The translations under genes were made by a program, and so were the position numbers. 57,448 nucleotides of DNA from Luteolibacter sp. (GTDB lineage Bacteria; Verrucomicrobiota; Verrucomicrobiia; Verrucomicrobiales; Akkermansiaceae): the NCBI GenBank assembly GCA_039933825.1, contig JBDTNJ010000392.1:1-57448 (forward strand). The letters run 5' to 3'. This document shows, one piece after another, positions 47,936-57,423 of the stretch. Every line of letters begins with the position of its first letter. The first letter of the stretch is position 1. The notes below the pieces were generated by a model. It searched no databases, was not told where the DNA came from, and saw only the letters and a program-made list of their open reading frames with translations.

Positions 47936-49144
47936 TTATGAAAATAATCTCTTCAGTTCGTGAACGAGGATTTTCCTCCTCCACGCGGCAGTGGGCTGGC
48001 AGGCGAAAAGTGCGGCATGGGCGCGCGCCGCATCATCCCACGGAGCGGTGCAGCCCTCGGCTTCCGGGGCGGTGAAAATCCCCGGCCCGGCATGCAACCA
48101 TAGGCGTTCAAACTCGCCGTCCAGAGAACCGGCTTCCTCCGGTGTGAGCGGCGGGTTTCCGGTCCAGACAAAGTGACCGGTGACCACCCGCCATAGCAAC
48201 GGCCAGCGCCGCAGAAGGCCGGGAAGGGCCGGCATTTCATGATAGACTGCGGTGCGGAGCGGCTCGCCCGGGCCACTCGGGAGCACGGCGACACGCTCCA
48301 CGCGCCATGGGCGGCTGAGCAGGGCGAGGACGGGCAACGGCAATGTTAGGATCAGGATCAGCAGAGCCGACAGCCTGCCGACCGGTGAGGAAAGCGCCTC
48401 CTGTGGCGGATCCAACCGCGAGAGGAGGAAGGTATCCGTGAGACGTGACAGGGAACCGTTCCGCCAGTTCACGAGAACCGGACCGGCCGCCACCGAATCT
48501 CCCAGATGGGTCATGCTCCCGAGATAGGTACGTGGCCCCACGGTGCTGTTTTCCACGGTGGCATGCGCATCGATGACCGAATCGCTTTCCACATAGCCGC
48601 AGGGACCGACGATCGCATTGGCCCCCACCATGGAGTTAGGCCCGATCCAGCATGGCGCGTGCAGGATGGCCGAGCTGTTTACCCGGGCCTTCATGCCATA
48701 CCAAATGCCGGGCGAGATCTCACGTGCGCCGATCTGATTCGCTGCTAACAAAGGAAGCAGTCGGGCGCGGGAGTTGTGCCAAGTGTCCGCATCCGTGATG
48801 AGCGGTACATCCGGTGCCTGCGGCAGGCTATCCAGTGTCAACACCGCGTCGTGTCCGAAGGATGCGTGGCGGACCGCCGCTTCGGCGGGTGAGAGTTCGA
48901 AGGATTCAGGGGAAATCCGCACCTGCACGCCCCAGGCGGCACCCTCTTCCACGTAGGCGCGCACTTCGGACGGGCGATCACTGGCGAGCAGCAACACATC
49001 GGTGACGCCACTGCGGGCGAGACCATCGAAGGCGTGTTCGATCAGCGGCTTGCCGAGATAGACCGCAAGGGCAAGCGGGACTCCTCCAGTTAGATCCTCA
49101 AGCGCGGGGCGCTGGTCAGGACAAATCAGGATCACCCTTCTCAT
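47936..49144 (-). CDS. Fusion of a degenerate NDP-sugar pyrophosphorylase N-domain, left-handed beta-helix and degenerate phosphoglycosyltransferase domain
   Basis: LTGGVP...LGKPLIEH...GAAWGV; APCWIGPNSMVG hexapeptides; LRRWPLLWRVVTGHFVWTGNPP...PGIF. Confidence 0.7.
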   Translation of the reverse strand: MRRVILICPDQRPALEDLTGGVPLALAVYLGKPLIEHAFDGLARSGVTDVLLLASDRPSEVRAYVEEGAAWGVQVRISPESFELSPAEAAVRHASFGHDAVLTLDSLPQAPDVPLITDADTWHNSRARLLPLLAANQIGAREISPGIWYGMKARVNSSAILHAPCWIGPNSMVGANAIVGPCGYVESDSVIDAHATVENSTVGPRTYLGSMTHLGDSVAAGPVLVNWRNGSLSRLTDTFLLSRLDPPQEALSSPVGRLSALLILILTLPLPVLALLSRPWRVERVAVLPSGPGEPLRTAVYHEMPALPGLLRRWPLLWRVVTGHFVWTGNPPLTPEEAGSLDGEFERLWLHAGPGIFTAPEAEGCTAPWDDAARAHAALFACQPTAAWRRKILVHELKRLFS

Positions 49145-49899
49145 ACGCCTCCTTTCCCCATCAGGACTGCCGGCACGGTCTTTACGAGGATGAGCAGATC
49201 CTTCCAGAACGACTGGCTTTCGATGTAGCGGACATCGAGACTGACCTGCTCGGGAAATTCGATGCTATTGCGGTCGCTGACTTCCAGCAGGCCGCCCTCG
49301 CGCTCACCGATCTGCCAGAGACAGGTGATGCCAGGCACGGCGAGCAGACGGCGGCGGTCCTCCGGCGAATAGAGCGCGACCTCGCGGGGTAGCGGCGGGC
49401 GTGGGCCGACGAGCGACATCTCGCCGCGCAACACGTTGATCATTTGCGGTAACTCATCGATGGAGGATTTGCGGATGAAGCGCCCGATGGGAGTGATGCG
49501 CGGGTCGTTTTTCATCTTGAAGGTGATGCCGTCGTTCTTCTCGTTCTGATCCAGCAATTCCTTGAGTTTCGCCTCGGCGTCCACGCACATGCTGCGGAAT
49601 TTGAGCATGCCAAACTCGGCACCGCGCAGGCCCACACGTTTTTGTTTGAAGAACACCGGCCCGCCGTCGCGGCGCACGAGCAGCGCGGTTCCAATCATGA
49701 TAGGGGAGAGCACGAGCAGAAGCATGCCGGAAGCGGCGATGTCGACGCAGCGTTTGAAAAATGCGGTGCAGCCGATGGTCCAGCGCCAAGCCAGACGTTT
49801 CCACTGCATGTAAAACCGCAGTCGCGCCCTGCCGAATGGCGTGGATGCCGTGAGCATCCGCCGGACGAGGAGCGCGGCCATTTGATCGGATGTCATCAT
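49141..49899 (-). CDS. Priming phosphoglycosyltransferase (bacterial sugar transferase)
   Basis: KRCVDI, KFRSM, DPRIT, IDELPQ, GEMSLVGPRP, PGIT.LWQ. Confidence 0.93.
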   Translation of the reverse strand: MMTSDQMAALLVRRMLTASTPFGRARLRFYMQWKRLAWRWTIGCTAFFKRCVDIAASGMLLLVLSPIMIGTALLVRRDGGPVFFKQKRVGLRGAEFGMLKFRSMCVDAEAKLKELLDQNEKNDGITFKMKNDPRITPIGRFIRKSSIDELPQMINVLRGEMSLVGPRPPLPREVALYSPEDRRRLLAVPGITCLWQIGEREGGLLEVSDRNSIEFPEQVSLDVRYIESQSFWKDLLILVKTVPAVLMGKGGV

Positions 49900-49957
49900 G
49901 CCTCGCCTCCGTTTTTCCGGCGTACCGGGAATTTGAATTGGTGATTAATGAAGGACT

Positions 49958-50767
49958 TCATGACATCGGTTCCAAGACGGTGATAGATGCGACGGAGGTG
50001 ATGGCGGAGCGCAGGTCGTTATCGGCCTCACAAGCTGCCTGTTGGAGAGCCGGCCATGCCGCGCGGGCTTCGCCAAGGCGGCCATCGCAGGTGGCATACT
50101 CGATGATTTCTGCGGCACTCTGGAGAGTAGTTAGATAGAAGATGGAGGCGGTACCCCTGAGGGAATGCGCATGCCGCCTAGCATCCTCGGAATTCCCGAG
50201 AGAGATGGCATCGTGAACCGCTTGCAGCAGTGCACCGAGGTCCTCTAGGAAGTCGGAAGCGAGCGAGACAGCGTCTTCGGGCGAGAGTTCAGCCGCAAGT
50301 TGGCTCAGCGCCTTCACTGCATGGGATTCCGTGCTTTTCGCGGCCGGAGAGTCACCGCTTTGTTGCAAAACAAGGTCGCGAAGGGCCTTCAGACGGATGG
50401 GTTTCGACAGGCAATCACCCATTCCCGCCTTGAGGCAGATTTCACGGTCACTGGCACGTGCATTGGCGGTTAGAGCGATGATCCGAACCGCAGGGTTGCT
50501 CGTTTCCCGCTCCCATTGGCGGATCTGACGGGTTGCCTCGAGTCCATCCATTCCCGGCATTTGCACATCCATGAGGATGGCGTCATATCGTGTGGCTTTT
50601 GCCGCCTTGACGGCTTCATGACCGTCGACCGCGACATCAGCCGTGCAACCCATCTGCGCCAGTGCCACTAGGGCAAGCTTGCGGTTGACGACGTTATCTT
50701 CCGCGAGCAACAAGCGCAGGGCCGGAAATAGGACGGGCGCGACTGGATCTGCCGGAGCGGGTTTCAT
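49958..50767 (-). CDS. Receiver (REC) plus Hpt domain protein
   Basis: LAEDNVVNRK, ILMDVQMPGMDG, ALTANA, SKP; AHSLRGTAS Hpt histidine. Confidence 0.88.
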   Translation of the reverse strand: MKPAPADPVAPVLFPALRLLLAEDNVVNRKLALVALAQMGCTADVAVDGHEAVKAAKATRYDAILMDVQMPGMDGLEATRQIRQWERETSNPAVRIIALTANARASDREICLKAGMGDCLSKPIRLKALRDLVLQQSGDSPAAKSTESHAVKALSQLAAELSPEDAVSLASDFLEDLGALLQAVHDAISLGNSEDARRHAHSLRGTASIFYLTTLQSAAEIIEYATCDGRLGEARAAWPALQQAACEADNDLRSAITSVASITVLEPMS

Positions 50768-50997
50768 GACTTACCGGGAGATTCCCGGGTGAAAGCGATG
50801 AGATCTTGATCCGCGACCTGATCCTTGCGCGCCAGCAACGTGGAGTAGTACGGCGTTTGATCAAGCTTGCCGAAGCCCTGGGACAATCCGCTCACAAAAA
50901 CAGTCAGGTCGATCTTCGATTTGACGAATTCCCCTATGTCTCTGTCAAAGTTGGAATCCACAAATTCTTCGACAACCTTGTTTACAAGTCCATACAT
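50764..50997 (-). pseudogene. Internally deleted H-NOX (heme NO-binding) gene
   Basis: MYGLVNKVVEEFV..NF N-terminus joined to a FVSGLSQGFGK...ADQD C-terminus; 77 aa, no His, no YxSxR. Confidence 0.65.
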
Positions 50998-51274
50998 GCG
51001 ATACGTTGAAGTGTTCTTTCCTACCGCAAAGCAGGAAGTTCAACATACCTAAAATATACAGGTTTCAATGACCAGCCTAAATTTTGGAGAGTTTCTCGGA
51101 TGAAAACGATGGGACCCCGCAATCGTCGGGCTGCGCGGTAAAAGGAGACTGACGCCGGAACGAAGCATGGCAGCTTGGCCATCGTCGTGGCGACCAAACG
51201 GTTTTTCCCGGGAAGTTTCTTGCAAATCTCGATATTATCTAGATTTTCAGCATTGCTTAACAAAACAGGCTTCC

Positions 51275-52459
51275 ATGAATCCGCTAACTTTGAGCCGCGA
51301 CACCATTCCGCACCGCCCGTGGGCCAGCCGGCTGCCACCGCCTATCGTAATGATGGGAGTGCCTTTGGACCAGTTGAACACGGCGCAGGCGCTGGAGATC
51401 GCCAGCGAAATGATCGCCAGCCGTACCCCTCACCTGCTCGCCACCGCCAATGTGGATTTCCTGGCGCAAGTGCAGAAGGACGAAATGCTGCGGCGCATTC
51501 TGGTGGATGCGGACCTGATCGTCTGTGACGGGACGCCGTTGATTTGGATGTCGAAATGGCTGGGCGATCCCCTTCCGGAGCGGATCGCCGGCAGCGACCT
51601 GGTACCACTACTGCTAGACCTCGCGCAGGACCGCGGCCACCGGGTGTATTTCCTCGGCGGGCGCGATGAAGTGGTTGCCATCGCCGAGGAAAAAATCAAG
51701 GAGCGCTGGCCAGATCTCCAGATCGCCGGGATGTATTCACCGCCCTTCGCGCCGATGGATCAAATGGATCACGCGGGCATCTGCCAGCGCATCCGCGAGG
51801 CAAAAGCGGACATGCTTTTCGTTTGCTTTGGCTGCCCGAAACAGGAAAAATGGCTCGCCATGAATTTTCGTGAAGCCGGTGTGCCGTTGGCCATTGGCGT
51901 GGGCGCGACGATCGATTTCCTCGCCGGTGCCGTGAAACGCGCGCCGGTCTGGATGCGCAAGACCGGCCTAGAATGGTTTTTTCGCGTGGCCCAGGAACCG
52001 AAGCGCTTGGCGCACCGTTACTGGACCGACATCTGCGTGGTCGGCCCGGGACTACTCAAGCAACTGCTGAAAATGGGGCCCCGTAAGGAATCTCCACAGC
52101 GGACCGCCGATTCCGGGGTGCCTTTCAAAGCCGACACCCTCCTCGAATCCAAAACATCGCCGCCACCTGTCGTCGTCCTGCCAGAACGTCTCGATGCCCT
52201 ATCCGCCCGAGACGCCACTCTCTGGCCCGCCGTGGCCAACCGCACGCTCATTCTCGACGCGAGCCGCACCACCTTCCTTGACAGCACCGGCACCGGAAAG
52301 CTCGTCCGTTTCGCCCGGGCCTCGCGCGAACATGGCGGACTCTGCATCCTCATGGGCGCGACACCCACCGTACTCAGCACGCTGGACTTGATGAAACTTC
52401 GCAACATGTTCAGCGAAGCCGCCAGCCTTGAGGAGGCACTCGCCATCGCCGTCAGATGA
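51275..52459 (+). CDS. WecB/TagA/CpsF (GT26) glycosyltransferase with C-terminal STAS domain
   Basis: TANVDF, CDGTP, RIAGSDL, GCPKQEKW, GVGATIDF, LEWFFR..QEPKRL..RY; then LDASRTTFLDSTG...LDLMKL. Confidence 0.9.
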   Translation: MNPLTLSRDTIPHRPWASRLPPPIVMMGVPLDQLNTAQALEIASEMIASRTPHLLATANVDFLAQVQKDEMLRRILVDADLIVCDGTPLIWMSKWLGDPLPERIAGSDLVPLLLDLAQDRGHRVYFLGGRDEVVAIAEEKIKERWPDLQIAGMYSPPFAPMDQMDHAGICQRIREAKADMLFVCFGCPKQEKWLAMNFREAGVPLAIGVGATIDFLAGAVKRAPVWMRKTGLEWFFRVAQEPKRLAHRYWTDICVVGPGLLKQLLKMGPRKESPQRTADSGVPFKADTLLESKTSPPPVVVLPERLDALSARDATLWPAVANRTLILDASRTTFLDSTGTGKLVRFARASREHGGLCILMGATPTVLSTLDLMKLRNMFSEAASLEEALAIAVR

Positions 52460-53592
52460 AGGTCGGACTCACTGCCACCATGATCCAGGGCGGGCGCTCG
52501 GGCGTTGCTCAGTATGTCTTTTCCCTGGTTAGAGAACTGGTCCGCGCAGGCCAGGTGGACTTGGACGTGTTCGTGTTGGAAGACGAGCTCCCGCTGCTCG
52601 ACTTCGCCAAGGACAGCTGCCGCCTCATCCCAGTCCCGCGCGCCGCTGCGCCGCCGGTCAAAAACATCCTCTGGCACCAGCTCTCGCTGCCAAAACTCGC
52701 CGCAGATCTCAAACTCGATGTCCTGCACGTCCCCAGCTACCGCCGCCTCGTCCGCAGCGCGCCGTGCCCCACGGTCGGCACCATCCACGACCTCGCCCCC
52801 TTCCATGTGAAAGGAAAGTACGATCTCGCCCGCATGTTTTACGGCCGCGTCGTCGTGAAATCCCTCGCCCGCAGCCAGCAGGAAATCATCGCGGTCAGCC
52901 ACTGCACCGCCCGCGACATCGAGAACTTCTTCGGCATCCCGCAAAGCCGCTTACACGTGATCCACAACGGCATCGATCACGACCGCTTTTTCCCCGCCGA
53001 TCACGACACAGCCCGCGCCTGGACTGCGGAGAAACACGCCATCGCCGCGCCCTATTTCCTTTACGTTTCACGCCTCGAACATCCCGGAAAAAACCACGTC
53101 CGCTTAATCGAGGCCTTCGTCGCATTCAAAAAAGCCACCGGCTCCGACTGGCAACTCGCCCTCGGCGGTGGCGACTGGCATGGCTGCGAGGCCATCAAAT
53201 CCGCCGCCGCCGCCTCTCCGTTTGCCCGTGACATCCGCTTCCTCGGCTTCGTCCCAGACGCCGATCTCCCGAATCTTTACCGCGGTGCCCGCTGCATGGT
53301 CTATCCGAGCCTCTTCGAAGGCTTCGGACTACCACCCATCGAAGCCATGGCCTGCGGCACCCCGGTCATCAGCAGCACCCGCGGAGCGCTCGAGGAGGTC
53401 GTCGCGGACGCCGCCCTCATCGTCGATCCTGAAAACATCCCGGACATCACCCGCGCCCTCACCGCCATTTCCACCGATACTGTTCTAGCAGACACCTTGA
53501 AATCGAAGGGTTTCACCAATGCCGCGCGCTTCCACTGGAGCCGCACCGCCGCCGAAGTAACGGAAATCTACCGGAAAGCCGCCAGCCGTTAA
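52456..53592 (+). CDS. Glycosyltransferase family 4 (mannosyltransferase-like)
   Basis: SGVAQY, TIHDL, HNGID, PSLFEGFGLPPIEAMACG. Confidence 0.92.
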   Translation: MKVGLTATMIQGGRSGVAQYVFSLVRELVRAGQVDLDVFVLEDELPLLDFAKDSCRLIPVPRAAAPPVKNILWHQLSLPKLAADLKLDVLHVPSYRRLVRSAPCPTVGTIHDLAPFHVKGKYDLARMFYGRVVVKSLARSQQEIIAVSHCTARDIENFFGIPQSRLHVIHNGIDHDRFFPADHDTARAWTAEKHAIAAPYFLYVSRLEHPGKNHVRLIEAFVAFKKATGSDWQLALGGGDWHGCEAIKSAAAASPFARDIRFLGFVPDADLPNLYRGARCMVYPSLFEGFGLPPIEAMACGTPVISSTRGALEEVVADAALIVDPENIPDITRALTAISTDTVLADTLKSKGFTNAARFHWSRTAAEVTEIYRKAASR

Positions 53593-55085
53593 GCACGCGA
53601 CATCTCCCGGATCACGTTGCGTCCCAGCAACAGCAGCGGGACCATGCAAACCATCCCGCGCCAGCCCAAATCCAGAAATCCGGACTTGCCGGTCGTAGGC
53701 ACCCAGATCGCCAGCACCGTTAGAATCACCGAGAAGACCAACAGCGGAACCACCGTCCCACGCAGATGGTGGAGCAGATAGGTTTTCCATGGAATGTTCA
53801 ATCTGCCCACCGTTAGCGGCACCACCCAGAACCAACCCACCAGCGTCGTCGGGATCATCGTCCCCAGCGCCACGCCCAGCACTCCAAGCTTGAAGGCGAG
53901 GATGACGCTCAAAATCACGTTCGCCACCGCATCGCTCACCGAGATGAGAAGCAAACGCCGCTCGTCGCCACACATCATCAACACCCGCTTCGAGCAACCG
54001 CTCGTGAGTTGCGAACTGAAAACTGCGAACAACAAGGCCTGCCCCACCCACCATGTTTCCCCGGGCACGGTTTTCATTCCGGTTAACAAGCGGATCAATG
54101 GCTCCAGATAGACTGCCGAGAGCAGGTAGCAGGGAGTCACTAGGAAAAACGTCAGCCGCGAGCTGCTCAGCAGCAGTTTTCTCAACCCCGATTGATCGCC
54201 CAACGCATGCATCGCCGCCGCCGCCGGCGAAAGCACCTGCTGGAGCTGCACGCTGAACAGGCCGAGCATCTCACTCATCTTGAAGCCTGCCTGATAAACC
54301 GCCACCATCGCCACTCCAATGGTCAGGGAAATCACCAGTTGGTCGCTCTTCGCCATCAGCATGTTGCTGAACGTGATCAGATAGGCAGCGATCGAGAATC
54401 CCATCTGCACCCTCATCGTGCGCCAATCGAAATGCCTGGGTAATAAAGAGATCCCCGGCAGGCTTCGGATCGCGATCACCGCCGCGATCAGATTCGGAAG
54501 CGCGCTCGCCGCCACGCTGATGCCCATCAGGATCGACAAGCTCCACCCCGCGGTCAGGCCCCAGTAGAGAAAGACAAAGTTGAGTATTGTTGAGAACGTG
54601 CCCACCCAGTTCGCGATGTCGATCCGATGCAAGCCCCGCAGGATTTCCGGAAACAGCCCCAACGGAAACATCACCGCCAGCCCGACGAAAAACACCACAT
54701 AGGCATTCCCGAACTCGCCGCGGTCCGACGCCAGCACTCCCATCCTCGAAAGAAACGGCTCGCGGATCAGCAGGAACACCACTAACAGCATCACCGCCAT
54801 CCCGATGAAGGTCCAGAAGATCGTCGCCAGCAGCCGGCTCAGCCCGGCCAGGTCACCAGTCGCCGTTTTTTCCGCCACCGCCTTCTGCGCCGTGAAGCCG
54901 AAGCCGAAATCCAACAGAATCCCATACCCGAACAAAGACCACAGCAAGGCCCAGAACCCGAACTCAGCGCTGGAAAAATTCTGGAACATTTGCCGGAACA
55001 GCACTAGGCCGAGCAGCATACGCGTCACAAACCCGATGTATCCACTTGCGGTGGTACTCCAAAACCTACGTTGCCACTCAGCCAT
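53589..55085 (-). CDS. Wzx-type oligosaccharide flippase
   Basis: Many TMs, EFGFWAL, LLDFGF, KSDQLVIS; start taken at MAEWQRR. Confidence 0.85.
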   Translation of the reverse strand: MAEWQRRFWSTTASGYIGFVTRMLLGLVLFRQMFQNFSSAEFGFWALLWSLFGYGILLDFGFGFTAQKAVAEKTATGDLAGLSRLLATIFWTFIGMAVMLLVVFLLIREPFLSRMGVLASDRGEFGNAYVVFFVGLAVMFPLGLFPEILRGLHRIDIANWVGTFSTILNFVFLYWGLTAGWSLSILMGISVAASALPNLIAAVIAIRSLPGISLLPRHFDWRTMRVQMGFSIAAYLITFSNMLMAKSDQLVISLTIGVAMVAVYQAGFKMSEMLGLFSVQLQQVLSPAAAAMHALGDQSGLRKLLLSSSRLTFFLVTPCYLLSAVYLEPLIRLLTGMKTVPGETWWVGQALLFAVFSSQLTSGCSKRVLMMCGDERRLLLISVSDAVANVILSVILAFKLGVLGVALGTMIPTTLVGWFWVVPLTVGRLNIPWKTYLLHHLRGTVVPLLVFSVILTVLAIWVPTTGKSGFLDLGWRGMVCMVPLLLLGRNVIREMSRA

Positions 55086-55208
55086 GGGATATAAGGATGT
55101 TTTTTGCCAACGCTGGAATGAAGGACCATTGCGGCTTATTCTGAAAAGGTTGATAATCAATTAACCAAGGGTTGTCACCATCCAATGCCAACAAGATGTG
55201 CGGGTGGA

Positions 55209-55811
55209 TCATCCCCGGCATGCAGCCATCAACTCGACCTGCTCACCTTCCAAGAGCGGTGAGCTCACGCAAAGCATCGACCGTTCCCGCTGCGGTTCCA
55301 CAAAACGGGCGTGCATCGGCTGCACGTGCTCCGCGAACTGCTTTCTCACGGATTCCTCAGTGCGTCCGCGCGTAATCACATCGCGCTCCATTCGGCGCAA
55401 CAGGCGGACCTCCTCTGGACAATCGACAAACACGCTCAGCGCGAATTTCTCCCGCAGCCACTCCGGGTGCAGCAACCAAAGCCCCTCCAGCACGACCACC
55501 CGCCGACTTTCAACTTCGACGAAATCGCGTTTCCGCACGTGCTCCGCGAAATCATATACCGGCACCTGCGCCACTTCGCCCCGCTCCAAGGATTCGAGAA
55601 CCGTCTGCAACGCGTCCCAATCGATCGCCCCCGGATCATCGAAATTCACATCCTCCCTCTCCGGCCCGCTCAGATGGCCGAGATCACGGTAAAAATTGTC
55701 CAGACACAAGTGCACCGCCTCCCCGCCGAACCAACCGGCCAATTTCGCCGCCAGCCAGGTTTTGCCGGATCCACTGCCCCCCACTACGGCGATCAATCGC
55801 ATATCCTCCAT
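55209..55811 (-). CDS. udk: Uridine kinase
   Basis: GGSGSGKT, LDNFY, NFDDP, PVYDF..H, RRMERD...RGR, FVEPQ. Confidence 0.85.
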   Translation of the reverse strand: MEDMRLIAVVGGSGSGKTWLAAKLAGWFGGEAVHLCLDNFYRDLGHLSGPEREDVNFDDPGAIDWDALQTVLESLERGEVAQVPVYDFAEHVRKRDFVEVESRRVVVLEGLWLLHPEWLREKFALSVFVDCPEEVRLLRRMERDVITRGRTEESVRKQFAEHVQPMHARFVEPQRERSMLCVSSPLLEGEQVELMAACRG

Positions 55812-55887
55812 GCCTTTTGATCTACCAAGCTCCGCCGCCTCCGTCGATCTTTTCGTCACAGACCACCCCACCCACTACCAAGTCAAG

Positions 55888-57423
55888 TCACGAAAACAAT
55901 TTTCGGTCCAGCGACCGGTACTGAATCGCTTCGAGAATGTCGTTAGGGCGAATATCGATAGCTCCTGCTAGATCCGCCAGCGTGCGCGCGACTTTCAGAA
56001 TCCGGTCGTGGGCGCGGGCGGAGAAGTTCATTTCCTCCATCGCGTGTTCGAGGTAACCGTTACTTTCGGCATTCAGTTGGCAATGCTGCCGGACTTGGCG
56101 GGAGCCCATCGCAGAGTTCGTCGAGTTTGAGGATTTCTTAAAACGCTCTGTCTGGATTTCACGGGCGGCTTTGACCCGACTGCGGATGACCTCCGATTTT
56201 TCGCCAGGATTGGTATTGGATGAAAGCTCGCGAAAATCAACGAGCGGCACTTCGACATGGAGATCAATTCGATCCAGCAGCGGTCCCGAGATTTTCTGCC
56301 GGTAGTTTTCGATCTGCCGCGTCGAGCAGCGGCACTCGCGTTTCATATCGCCATAATAGCCACACGGACAGGGGTTCATTGCGGCGACCATCATGAATTG
56401 CGAGGGGAAGGTCAGCGATCCGGCCGCGCGTGAAATCGTCACTTGAAAATCCTCTAGCGGACCACGTAAGACCTCCAGCGTCTGTCGCCGAAACTCCGGC
56501 AGCTCGTCGAGGAACAGCACGCCATGATGGGCCAGTGAAACCTCGCCGGGACCGGGATTGGTGCCTCCACCGAGAAGACCGGCGTCTGAAATCGTGTGAT
56601 GCGGTGCCCGAAACGGTCGGGTCGTTAGAAATGAGCGCTTCGGGTCGAGCAGGCCGGTGATCGAATGGATTTTCGTCGTTTCGATCGCATCATCCTCGGT
56701 CATGTCCGGCATGATCGTAGGCAGGCGTTTGGCTAACATCGACTTCCCGGTACCCGGAGGGCCCACCATGATAAGATTATGCCCGCCGGCTGCGGCGACT
56801 TCGAGCGCGCGCTTCACATGGTGCTGGCCCCTCACCTCGTCGAAATCCACTTCGTAGCTCCGGTGGGAATTAAAAAACGCCCGGCGATCCAGATGAAAGG
56901 GCGGGATGATGATATCCCCGTTAAGAAAATCCCATGCCTGCTTCAAATTCCGGATCGGGAAAACCTGGATACCTTCAATGATCGCCGCTTCCGGAGCATT
57001 TGCTTCAGGGACGAACAAGCGGGTTCTGCCGCTGCGTTTCGCTTCCAGAGCGATCGATAAAACACCTTTCACCGGCCTTACCGCGCCATCCAGACCAAGC
57101 TCGCCGACGACGCAGCAATCATCCGCGTTGAATGGCTTCGTCCCGCTGGCGGCGATCATTGCCAGCGCGATGGGCAGATCAAATGACGGCCCTTCCTTTT
57201 TCAAATCCGCCGGCGCGAGGTTCACCGTCTTGACCCCGTCATCCAGATAGAGCGCCGAGGCCCCGATGGCGGAAATCACGCGCTGGGATGATTCCCTAAC
57301 AGCAGCGTCCGGCAGCCCCACGATAATCACGATCGGTTTGTCCGCGCCACGGGCGTTGACCTCGACCTCGACTTCCTGGGCATCGACACCGCGCAAAGCG
57401 GCTGAAAATAAACGGGTAATCAT
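55888..57423 (-). CDS. comM: ComM / YifB-family Mg-chelatase-like AAA+ helicase
   Basis: [59 protein letters not shown]. Confidence 0.95.
   Translation of the reverse strand: MITRLFSAALRGVDAQEVEVEVNARGADKPIVIIVGLPDAAVRESSQRVISAIGASALYLDDGVKTVNLAPADLKKEGPSFDLPIALAMIAASGTKPFNADDCCVVGELGLDGAVRPVKGVLSIALEAKRSGRTRLFVPEANAPEAAIIEGIQVFPIRNLKQAWDFLNGDIIIPPFHLDRRAFFNSHRSYEVDFDEVRGQHHVKRALEVAAAGGHNLIMVGPPGTGKSMLAKRLPTIMPDMTEDDAIETTKIHSITGLLDPKRSFLTTRPFRAPHHTISDAGLLGGGTNPGPGEVSLAHHGVLFLDELPEFRRQTLEVLRGPLEDFQVTISRAAGSLTFPSQFMMVAAMNPCPCGYYGDMKRECRCSTRQIENYRQKISGPLLDRIDLHVEVPLVDFRELSSNTNPGEKSEVIRSRVKAAREIQTERFKKSSNSTNSAMGSRQVRQHCQLNAESNGYLEHAMEEMNFSARAHDRILKVARTLADLAGAIDIRPNDILEAIQYRSLDRKLFS

Noticed and set aside
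30635-55887. Active integrative element or prophage
   Set aside because: No integrase, transposase, relaxase or phage genes, and the flanking comM copies are heavily diverged
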